Below, one piece after another: positions 56,270-64,000 of a stretch of 64,000 nucleotides of DNA (position 1 is the first letter of the stretch; each line of letters starts with the position of its first letter). This DNA is from an uncultured virus (IMG/VR IMGVR_UViG_3300050508_000301) (lineage: Duplodnaviria > Heunggongvirae > Uroviricota > Caudoviricetes). The stretch lies in IMG/VR virus record IMGVR_UViG_3300050508_000301, one strand, 5' to 3'. The translations under genes were made by a program, and so were the position numbers. Below the pieces are notes generated by a model that had not been told where the DNA came from, ran no database searches, and saw only the letters and a list, made by a program, of their open reading frames with translations.

Positions 56270-58027
56270 TCAGACCAACGTGCAGCTGGTCTGGTCGGCA
56301 GCACCCGTCCGGCCATTCACGCAGAACGGAACCGTGACGTTGCGGGAGTCGTGACCGATCTTGGCGACGAGCTTGCATTCCTCAGTCCAAGCGGCCGTGT
56401 GATCGTTCTTGGCGTTGAGGGTGCTGTCTCGTACCACACCGAGTTCCAGATCGAGACCGTTGCCGACCACGAAGGTACCAGCAGCCATGATCAGGAAGCT
56501 GACGGTCGCCGGCCATGCGGTCGCCGGGGTGGTGAAGCCCGGAGTCCCTGAGGCGCCGACCTGCCAGTCGGTAACGAACTGGACTCGCACATCTCGGACG
56601 TCGAAGTAGTTGCCGATCTGGGCATCGGAGATCGCCAGGAAGTTCTCGACGCCACTGCGTCGAGCGAGATCCGAGCGGATGGCGTTCCGTGCCCAACGGG
56701 GCAGAACCACTTCGAGCACGTCGTTGTCGCACATGCGATACCGTTCACGGTAGTCCGCAACCTGCAGGTCGATGGCACCCAGCAAGCTCGTGGTGATCGG
56801 GTTGCCAGTAGCGCCGATCGAAACCGCAGTGGACTGCGACACGATGTCGGCGATGATCCGCTGGTTGATGACGTGCCGGTGCGCCGCCATCACGAGCCGC
56901 AAATAGTTGCGGATGACCTCGGGATAGGCCGACTCGGTCAGGTTGCCTGCAGTGATACACAGACCGTGGCAGTCGAGCCGCTCCTCCGAGAAGGTCGGGC
57001 AGGGGACTCGAACGCAGGGCTTGGTGCCAGCACCAGTCGCAGCCGAGATGTCGTCGGTCTCGGTCCAGAGCCAGATGTCGTCGAGCGCATCAGCGATCGA
57101 AGGCGACACCGGGAACCGGATACCGCCACGCTCGATGCCGACCGTGGGGACGTCCAGGATGCCGTCATCGCAGACGATGTTGAAGAAGTCGTAGATGATG
57201 GACGATGGGGCACACCACCCGCCCGCAGCGACGAGGTTCGCCGGATCGGCTGCCCGTCGCATGATGTCCCAGATCTTCTCAGGAGCTGCCTCCCGATCGA
57301 GGACGATGTCGAATTCCTTGCGGATGGTGGCGACGGTCGCCGGACCGCTCGGGTTGCCTAGCGCCTTGGCCCGGCGATGGACGGCCTCGGTAAGCTTGTC
57401 GAGGTCGTCGAGCGGACGGCCAGCCGAGAAGCTCGGCACGTCCGGTGCGACCAGGACCATGGCGCTGGATCGTGCGCCAAGCTCGGGATCCGGGGCACGC
57501 CTACGCACCTCGGAGAGCGGAACGTTCAGCCGAGGTCGCCGGATGACCAGGGGTGCGGTGGGGGCCGACGCTGTGACCGCAGGTGCGGGGGTCGTCGGAG
57601 TGATCACCGCATCGGGGGTGACGACCTCTTCGGTCTCGGTACCAGCGGTGACCGTCTCGGCAGCGGCCGTTTCGGTCGTAGCGGCTTCCTCGGTCTCTTC
57701 CTCGGTCTCGCCCGCCAATTCGGCGGCGAGAGCTTCGGCTCGTGCGTCCAGCTCCTGGCGTTCGGCTGCACGCCGCTTGACCTCAGCACGCACACGCTGC
57801 ACAGCGAGCTTGATGGTCTCAAGCTCAGCGATGTTGTCAGCGTTGAGCTGCTGGGTGCCCGTGCGGATAGCATCGAAGGTGGCGAGAAGCTCACCCTCCA
57901 TCGACTCCAGCTCAGGATCGGGCGTCTCGGTGAGATCCTGAGGGATCTCAACGCTATCTTCGGCTTCCTCTTCGGCCTGGTGCTCTTCGAAATAGAAGAT
58001 CCACGACCGACTCGTCAGGCCCTTCAT
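56270..58027 (-). CDS. major capsid protein with N-terminal scaffold-like region
   Basis: Coiled-coil acidic N-terminus, LVAAGGWCAPS, RGGI, KPC..CP, VRDSTLN. Confidence 0.85.
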   Translation of the reverse strand: MKGLTSRSWIFYFEEHQAEEEAEDSVEIPQDLTETPDPELESMEGELLATFDAIRTGTQQLNADNIAELETIKLAVQRVRAEVKRRAAERQELDARAEALAAELAGETEEETEEAATTETAAAETVTAGTETEEVVTPDAVITPTTPAPAVTASAPTAPLVIRRPRLNVPLSEVRRRAPDPELGARSSAMVLVAPDVPSFSAGRPLDDLDKLTEAVHRRAKALGNPSGPATVATIRKEFDIVLDREAAPEKIWDIMRRAADPANLVAAGGWCAPSSIIYDFFNIVCDDGILDVPTVGIERGGIRFPVSPSIADALDDIWLWTETDDISAATGAGTKPCVRVPCPTFSEERLDCHGLCITAGNLTESAYPEVIRNYLRLVMAAHRHVINQRIIADIVSQSTAVSIGATGNPITTSLLGAIDLQVADYRERYRMCDNDVLEVVLPRWARNAIRSDLARRSGVENFLAISDAQIGNYFDVRDVRVQFVTDWQVGASGTPGFTTPATAWPATVSFLIMAAGTFVVGNGLDLELGVVRDSTLNAKNDHTAAWTEECKLVAKIGHDSRNVTVPFCVNGRTGAADQTSCTLV

Positions 58028-58166
58028 GCGGTAGTGACCTCCGTCGGGGTGTGAGAACTAAAACCACGACTGGAGGGTTCACACCGCTCCGCTTAGCGCA
58101 TGAGCCTTGAGCTGCACGCCCGGAGTCGCTACTCCGTAAGCCTACCTATGGAAAAGCCTGGCAGTA

Positions 58167-58234
58167 GTATAGCACAGCGCCGCCTCGATCGTCAAGCACT
58201 TGACAAAAAGGCAAGGATGTGTTAAAATTAATAT
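58167..58234. promoter_or_regulatory. back-to-back divergent sigma70 promoters
   Basis: Minus: TTGACG-N18-TATACT (capsid operon); plus: TTGACA-N17-TAAAAT, 6 nt before ATG 58235. Confidence 0.75.
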
Positions 58235-58507
58235 ATGAGGAACACCGAGACCGCCCGAAAGATCGCCAACGAGACCCTGACCGCCGACGGTTGGACTTAC
58301 AACGCAGAGACGGCCGAGTACACCCACACCGACGGTCGCCGTGGCCGCCTGGCCTTCATCCCCGCAGACGCCACCTCCGCTGTCGACGCCCGCAACTTCG
58401 AAGTCGGTCGGGTCGAGCTGCACCAGCCGGGTCGCCGCCCCACCATCGAAGACCTCCGGAACCGGGTCAACACCGCTCCGGCACCCATCGTCGTCGTCGA
58501 GTTCTGA
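58235..58507 (+). CDS. hypothetical protein (plus strand, leaderless)
   Basis: Own promoter; strong third-position C/G bias. Confidence 0.75.
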   Translation: MRNTETARKIANETLTADGWTYNAETAEYTHTDGRRGRLAFIPADATSAVDARNFEVGRVELHQPGRRPTIEDLRNRVNTAPAPIVVVEF

Positions 58508-58510
58508 AGG

Positions 58511-58654
58511 ATGATCACCGACCGCAATTGGTCGATCGGGGAGACCTACGTCGACCAAGCAGGTAACACCTGGAAGGTCACCCGACTCGAGACCCTCCCT
58601 ATCGGCACCATTCCCTGGGTGATCTGCATCGAACGAGCGAAGGGGCGGGGATAA
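58511..58654 (+). CDS. 47-aa hypothetical protein
   Basis: MITDRNWSIGETYVDQAGNTWKV.. Confidence 0.55.
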   Translation: MITDRNWSIGETYVDQAGNTWKVTRLETLPIGTIPWVICIERAKGRG

Positions 58655-58672
58655 CCCCGCCCCTTCAGTTTT
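58639..58672 (+). terminator. intrinsic terminator between convergent units
   Basis: GAAGGGGCGGGG-ATAA-CCCCGCCCCTTC then AGTTTT. Confidence 0.75.
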
Positions 58673-59030
58673 ACCTGACGGGCCTAGGAACAGGCGCAGG
58701 TGCCGGTTCGTTGGGCGCCAGCCAAACCCCCGCAGCGACAAACGCTGCGATAGCCACGTTCAACCACAGCGACCCTGCCATCTTCTGACCATTGGCCAGA
58801 TACCCGGCCAGCAGCCCCAAACCACCGAGAGCGGCTGCTGTGATCGATTTGCTGTAGCTCCACAGGGGCAGCCCCAGGTTGGCAGTGATGTACACCTGGA
58901 ACGCTGTGAAGCCTGCAATCGCCACCTGAACCCACTCGGGGTTGGTGATCTTGTCGTCGGTCCATGCGGCGGCGATAGCCATCACAACTGCGCCGACCAC
59001 GGCGACGACACCTTTCATGTATGCACTCAC
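58671..59030 (-). CDS. holin-like 4-TM protein
   Basis: Internally duplicated K(A/G/S)xxA..W..(A)PN pattern of actinophage holins. Confidence 0.7.
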   Translation of the reverse strand: MSAYMKGVVAVVGAVVMAIAAAWTDDKITNPEWVQVAIAGFTAFQVYITANLGLPLWSYSKSITAAALGGLGLLAGYLANGQKMAGSLWLNVAIAAFVAAGVWLAPNEPAPAPVPRPVR

Positions 59031-59722
59031 GCAGGCACCTCCTTGGTGCTTCGCTTCCACGGCTTACCTGCAGTACTGTCGAGTGGCGAATCCCCAACCG
59101 AATAATGACAACGCCACGTCCGCTCCGGCACGTGGACAAACTTAGCTCCGATATCCAGCAGACGGAGCCAGCCGCCCCAGTCCTCGCAATCCTCCCGTGG
59201 CCACTCCTTTGACCCGGGAGTTGGAAAGCCGCCGGAGCGCTCTAGAGCCGCCCGCCGTACGACCGCTGTAATCGGGATGAATGCATGCCGACGCATGTGC
59301 CGTGCTTGCTCGGGTCCGAACGGGACCCCTAGCGGGTGAACCAACTGACCGTTGTGCATGACTGCTAGAGCGTCAGGTCGTTCGGGTGTGGCCTCGGGCC
59401 AGCCAACCAGCTCGAACCACGAGTACACTACATCGGCGTTCGTAGCCTTCGCTGCGCTCATGCATCGAGCGAGATGCTGCGGTAGGAACTCATCATCATC
59501 ATCGAGGAAAGCAACATAGTCGGTTGAGGCATTCCGCCAGGATTTGTTGCGAGTAGGCCCGGCACCATCTCCGTCCTCATCCACTATAACATGGATCTGG
59601 TCGGGGAATCGGGTCTGCTGGTTGACCGATGCTAACGCCCGATCGAGTAGCGCTTTACGAGGCGGAATCGTAGGAATGCAAACCGCTACGGTAAGCGGCT
59701 TGCGAGCCTTGGCCTGTCCCAT
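59027..59722 (-). CDS. GT2 glycosyltransferase
   Basis: IPT, RN, FLDDDD, EDW. Confidence 0.9.
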   Translation of the reverse strand: MGQAKARKPLTVAVCIPTIPPRKALLDRALASVNQQTRFPDQIHVIVDEDGDGAGPTRNKSWRNASTDYVAFLDDDDEFLPQHLARCMSAAKATNADVVYSWFELVGWPEATPERPDALAVMHNGQLVHPLGVPFGPEQARHMRRHAFIPITAVVRRAALERSGGFPTPGSKEWPREDCEDWGGWLRLLDIGAKFVHVPERTWRCHYSVGDSPLDSTAGKPWKRSTKEVPA

Positions 59723-59955
59723 TCCACTCTCCAGCGTAGTTGCCTAGAATCACACCCGTGCCTCGAAACCAGGGTATGCTGTGCCTGTTCGAGCTGATGC
59801 CGAGTCACCTCCGGGTATTGGACTATTGCATCTGGTAGTGCGAACGCAAGCCCATGCACTATGCTACGCCGACTGCCACCATCGCAATCGATGAACACAG
59901 TTACCATCGCTCCGGCCGCCCTGAGGTGTTCTTGCTGTCGTGATGCCAGAACCAC
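59686..59955 (-). CDS. hypothetical protein
   Basis: Fills the gap between GT genes. Confidence 0.4.
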   Translation of the reverse strand: MVLASRQQEHLRAAGAMVTVFIDCDGGSRRSIVHGLAFALPDAIVQYPEVTRHQLEQAQHTLVSRHGCDSRQLRWRVEWDRPRLASRLP

Positions 59956-60467
59956 GTCACCTCATCAACATGACGGAACCGAGCACCCAGCGCATCGAGT
60001 TGCATCCAGAACGCCCAGTCCTCGCCCGAGTTGTCAGCATTCGGGATCGGCTCCGGGAACGCACACTGCTGCGCTAGCTCATTGCGCACCAGCGTAGTCA
60101 TTGGGAACGTGAACGGACTGGCGGAGTCCCATTGCCGGCCTCGGTTCATCGGTACCGGGTCGGTACCGCCCACTACCTGGAACCACGGCCAAACTACATC
60201 AGCTTCGAACTCCAAAGCGGTGTCCAGTAGCGTCGACAGGTGGTGGCCCATCAGCTCGTCGTCATCGTCGAGAAACGCCACCCACTCCGTGGTAGCTGCC
60301 TTCAGCGCTCGAGTACGGGTCGGCCCAGCACCCAATTTGCAATGATCCACGGCAATGGAATACGCATCGGGTTGACATACCTGGGCTGTTGCTGAATGGA
60401 CAGCTCGAGCCAGCAGCTGACCACGCACGGGGATCGAAGGAATCACCAGTGTGATTTCGTCAGCCAC
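59901..60467 (-). CDS. GT2 glycosyltransferase
   Basis: IPS, FLDDDD, EDWAFW. Confidence 0.9.
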   Translation of the reverse strand: MADEITLVIPSIPVRGQLLARAVHSATAQVCQPDAYSIAVDHCKLGAGPTRTRALKAATTEWVAFLDDDDELMGHHLSTLLDTALEFEADVVWPWFQVVGGTDPVPMNRGRQWDSASPFTFPMTTLVRNELAQQCAFPEPIPNADNSGEDWAFWMQLDALGARFRHVDEVTWFWHHDSKNTSGRPERW

Positions 60468-60729
60468 CAGCCGCTTCCTTTCGTAACTCTGCGGCGATAG
60501 CTTGCGCATGGTCTGCACATCGACGTTGCAGAAGACCGTCCAACCGATCCATAGTCATCGTTATGATTTCGACCATCTCAGGTTCAGAAATCGGATGGGT
60601 CTCCGTAACCCTCGCCTCATCGCCCTCGCCGACCACCAGCCCCTGCATCCTGGTTACCTGCACATGGTGAATCCGTACGCCGTTATCCTGGATGATCGTG
60701 ACAATCTCAGCGAAGTCAATCACTATCAA
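60460..60729 (-). CDS. hypothetical protein
   Basis: Coupled ORF. Confidence 0.5.
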   Translation of the reverse strand: MIVIDFAEIVTIIQDNGVRIHHVQVTRMQGLVVGEGDEARVTETHPISEPEMVEIITMTMDRLDGLLQRRCADHAQAIAAELRKEAAGG

Positions 60730-61367
60730 TGCTCCTGCGCCCAGATCAAGCCGTCCTGACCGGCTGCTTCATTAACCCACGGGGTCTGGCTTATCGTGGT
60801 GGAAGTATAGTGCACGGCTCCCACGCCCTGCAATACTCCCACCAAATGCCCGGCTGCATTCATCTTCCAGATGAGATCGTCGTCACCGTACCAGATCCGG
60901 TAACGGGGGTCGACGTCCTGCCACATCGAGACCCGGACCATAAAGCACCATTGCAGGAAGCTCCTGCGATTACCGATCTGATGACTGACCGCCGTGACCT
61001 GACCCGGGGCTACACCAAAATGAGTCTCACCCACGCTCATAGCGCCGAACTGAGGGTTGGCGTCCAGGGCGTCCGCCAGCGCTCGAGCTGTGCCAGGGTA
61101 GATCTCAATGTCGTCATTGCACAGGACTAGGTAGTCAGCTTCAGCTGTTTTAGCTGCCTTAGCGGCTCGATTCCATTCTTCGTAGATGGAAAGACCCGGT
61201 AAATGCTGCATACCCCACATTAGCCTGGGGTCGATATCCAACTCGAAAAGCTGCTCCGAATTGACGTATACCCTAACATCAACATCGTCATCGATCAAGC
61301 GCTCGATCAGCGCCGACAACCATGGCGATTTACCGATACTTGGAATACAAGCGTGAATCACGCTCAT
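60726..61367 (-). CDS. GT2 glycosyltransferase
   Basis: IPS, WN, CNDDI, WYGDDD. Confidence 0.82.
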   Translation of the reverse strand: MSVIHACIPSIGKSPWLSALIERLIDDDVDVRVYVNSEQLFELDIDPRLMWGMQHLPGLSIYEEWNRAAKAAKTAEADYLVLCNDDIEIYPGTARALADALDANPQFGAMSVGETHFGVAPGQVTAVSHQIGNRRSFLQWCFMVRVSMWQDVDPRYRIWYGDDDLIWKMNAAGHLVGVLQGVGAVHYTSTTISQTPWVNEAAGQDGLIWAQEH

Positions 61368-62572
61368 AGCACAATGGGTGCCGGGATCGGCAGAATCCAG
61401 GCGCCATCAAAGTCCGGATGGTTGCGCATGATGGTTGGAGCGTAGTTCCAAGCCAACAGGAGCACCGTACGAGCATCCAAGTGCTTGGTGGACGGAGGGG
61501 CGATCCGAATCCCAGTACCCGGGATGAAACGACCCTGCTTGGCTCGGGTGGTGTCGATTACATGATCGATCAACGTGTAGTCCAGTCCGGCAAAGGTGAG
61601 CAGGGTGGTCGCCTTTGCGGGTGCACCGTAGCCGATGATCGGCAACTCAGCTTCATTGATCGTCTCCATTAGCCGATCAACGATCCGATCCACCCGACCC
61701 TGGAACCCCCGATAAGCCTCGATACCACCTAGCCAGTGTTCGGAGTCTGAAAACCACCGATCAGTGCGATGACCCCTTATGTCCATCGTTGGAGCCTTAC
61801 TGCGCCGCAGCTCGACCCGCAGTGAACCGCCCTGCCTGCTAGTCAGTTCCGCTTCGGACACCCATAGGCCCCAGCGTTCGATGGCGTGCCTGAGGCTGGT
61901 CATCGAGAAAAAGTTGCGATGTTCGTGGTACACCAGATCGAAGGCGTTATTGACCAACAGATCGGGCAGATATTGAACCTCGATGTAGGCGACGCCGTCC
62001 TCCGACAACAAATGTTGTACTCCATCGAGGGTATCGGCAACATCCTCCACGTGCGCCAGTACATGGTTAGCGATCACCACCCCCGCTGGGCCATGCTCGT
62101 CCCGGATCTGTTCAGCGATCGAACGGCTGAATGGCTCTTGTAGGACTCGACCGACTCGCTGCATGGCGACCTGAACTGGCCCGCCTGCAGGGTCCACTCC
62201 GAGGGTGGCGCACCCGGCCTCCTCGAAGTGCCGAAGCATGTCGCCGTCGTTGCACCCGATCTCGACCGTCAACCGCTTCGCTAAGTCGAGGTGCCGCTGC
62301 AAGATGTCCCTTGCATATTCGGCATGGTAGTCCGACAGCGGAGCTGAGGCTGACGAGTAAAACGAATAGCCGGTCCCGAACAGGATGTTGTGGTCTACCA
62401 CCTCAAGCAGCTGAACCAGCCAACAGCCGGTACATACGACAAGCTGCAGTGGATAGTAAGCGACAGTCTCGTCAGCGGTTGCTGTGTAGGCATCAGCGAT
62501 CGGTGTGTGGCCGAGATCGAGAAACATCTCCAGATCATCATAGCCACACGCACTACAGACCCGTCGCTTCAT
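61364..62572 (-). CDS. NDP-sugar C-methyltransferase-like SAM enzyme
   Basis: CSAC..LDLG..P.AD..CTGC.LVQ, EIGCNDG, NHVLAH, YHEH, GYGAPAK, LLLAWNY. Confidence 0.88.
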   Translation of the reverse strand: MKRRVCSACGYDDLEMFLDLGHTPIADAYTATADETVAYYPLQLVVCTGCWLVQLLEVVDHNILFGTGYSFYSSASAPLSDYHAEYARDILQRHLDLAKRLTVEIGCNDGDMLRHFEEAGCATLGVDPAGGPVQVAMQRVGRVLQEPFSRSIAEQIRDEHGPAGVVIANHVLAHVEDVADTLDGVQHLLSEDGVAYIEVQYLPDLLVNNAFDLVYHEHRNFFSMTSLRHAIERWGLWVSEAELTSRQGGSLRVELRRSKAPTMDIRGHRTDRWFSDSEHWLGGIEAYRGFQGRVDRIVDRLMETINEAELPIIGYGAPAKATTLLTFAGLDYTLIDHVIDTTRAKQGRFIPGTGIRIAPPSTKHLDARTVLLLAWNYAPTIMRNHPDFDGAWILPIPAPIVL

Positions 62573-63249
62573 AGAACTTCGCCTCCGTGAAGCGGATGGC
62601 GCAGATCCCGACCACACCTGCGGCAAAACCCATCCGATACGTTTTTTCCTAAATACTCACCCGGATGTGGCTGATAACGGGTCCCATCAGGATCCACTAC
62701 CACATCGTTCACGAGCGGGTCTACCGGGCCAATCCAGGATCGAACTGCGTACTGCCAAAGCTGGGTCGGATCCGCCACTGGCCACCCGCCCTCGAGTTGG
62801 TTGATCGTCATGGCGTGCACCACTGGCCACCCGGCATCCCTGATGATCTTGGCGACTGCTGGACCAGTGGTTTCCCACATATGCTCGTCGCCTGACCATC
62901 GGCCGGCTCCGTGTCGTAGCGTATCGAGCGAATGGTAGGTGAAATCGAAGGTCCCGTCCTTGACCATCTGCTCAGCGACTGCGATATCCGGCCCGACAGC
63001 CACAAACACACAGCCATCGGTATGTGCGCAAACTATCAAACCCGAAGCCAAGCGTTCGCACTCATACGGCGTCAAATGCTCGAACAAATGACCAGCATAG
63101 ATGTGGGTTACCTGACCCGCCCATTCTTCCGGGATCCCCTTCCGCAGATCACGACGCTGGTCGATCCGGTGGGGAGTCTCGTTGTCGACATTCACCCAAC
63201 CGTCGACGTATCGGTCCCCACACCCCAAGTTGAGCTTCACAGGCCCCAC
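62569..63249 (-). CDS. class I SAM methyltransferase
   Basis: LNLGCG..GWVNVD..HLFEHL. Confidence 0.8.
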   Translation of the reverse strand: MGPVKLNLGCGDRYVDGWVNVDNETPHRIDQRRDLRKGIPEEWAGQVTHIYAGHLFEHLTPYECERLASGLIVCAHTDGCVFVAVGPDIAVAEQMVKDGTFDFTYHSLDTLRHGAGRWSGDEHMWETTGPAVAKIIRDAGWPVVHAMTINQLEGGWPVADPTQLWQYAVRSWIGPVDPLVNDVVVDPDGTRYQPHPGEYLGKNVSDGFCRRCGRDLRHPLHGGEVL

Positions 63250-63851
63250 TTCTCCCGGAACATCTGGTCAGCCTGCACCCAGGCTTGCTCGGATTCTGGC
63301 GTCTTGAACCCAGCCACAGTGTGGTGGTGCGTATCGAGGTCAATGACTACGACCTTGAAGCCTTGCGAACCTGCTTCTAGGCCGATGTCATCATACCCGT
63401 GGAAGCCTGTATAGCGTTCATCGAATCGGAGTTTATCGACCGCCCTAGGCGAGAACACCATGAAGCTGCCTTCGATCGATTTCACCTGACCAGCCCGAAC
63501 GCCGAAGTCGATCAACCCAGTGTCGATCATCTGGTGGCCGACCGGATTAGCACTCCACCAGGCCAAGCCGTTCCGGGCCTCTCCGCCCGCCACCCCGACC
63601 AAACCGACATCGGGGTCATCCAAAGCGTACAGAATCTTCGCCTCAGCATCCGGGTCAGTGACCTCGAGGTCGTCGTGTAGCAGAACCACAGCATCGTACG
63701 GCTCGCCCACGTAATTGTTAAGTATGTAGTTGTACGAACGGGTCAGCGAGATCGACCCTGTCACCTCAACGCAGGGGCGATCTCCAACGAAAGGCCGCAC
63801 CCAGGCGGCCACCTTCGCTTCAGAACTAACGCAACAACCAAAAGCCAGCAT
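63237..63851 (-). CDS. GT2-like glycosyltransferase
   Basis: YN, LLHDD, GLVGVAG, FDE..FHGYD; start at MLAFG after TGCTAGACT. Confidence 0.8.
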   Translation of the reverse strand: MLAFGCCVSSEAKVAAWVRPFVGDRPCVEVTGSISLTRSYNYILNNYVGEPYDAVVLLHDDLEVTDPDAEAKILYALDDPDVGLVGVAGGEARNGLAWWSANPVGHQMIDTGLIDFGVRAGQVKSIEGSFMVFSPRAVDKLRFDERYTGFHGYDDIGLEAGSQGFKVVVIDLDTHHHTVAGFKTPESEQAWVQADQMFREKWGL

Positions 63852-64000
63852 GACAGCCAGTCTAGCACACTGTTTGGGGAGCAAGCCAGGACTTGACTCG
63901 GAGGCAAAAATGTGATTTAATGGAGGTATGGCAGCCCCCAAGATCGTCGATCCCGTCAAGACCATCGAACGATGCTTCGAACGAAAGCAGGAGGCACTGA

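Noticed and set aside
1..64000. Prophage boundary, integrase or host DNA
   Set aside because: No integrase, att site or host housekeeping block was seen; terminase and portal presumably lie outside the window

Overview
A 64-kb piece of a high-GC, tailed (siphovirus-type) actinobacteriophage genome, almost entirely coded on the minus strand; no integrase is visible. Reading from the right end: a glycosyl/methyltransferase cluster and holin (58.7-63.9 kb); a capsid-tail module (44.7-58.0 kb); a long block of small early genes, each behind a sigma70-type promoter (18-43.5 kb); primase-helicase, a likely origin and a family-A DNA polymerase (10.5-18 kb); an endolysin; and a PurZ-type (2-aminoadenine, Z-base) nucleotide cluster (4.5-7.2 kb). 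The most striking part is the left end. A Ro60/TROVE protein gene (absent from the ORF track because it runs off the window) shares a near-identical promoter with a ~1.6-kb non-coding RNA operon. That operon holds an atypical tRNA-Met, five tandem Y-RNA-like units (one conserved core, five different variable domains), an Ms1-like RNA and further tRNA-like or hairpin RNAs. Other highlights: a genome-wide TTGAC-N5-GTCAA palindrome over the -35 boxes, a minimal PurB lacking its catalytic loops, a Pup-like protein, an Acb2/Tad1-like protein, four paralogous PGHD Zn-finger proteins and two more orphan structured RNAs. All family assignments are from motif recognition by eye; no searches were run.
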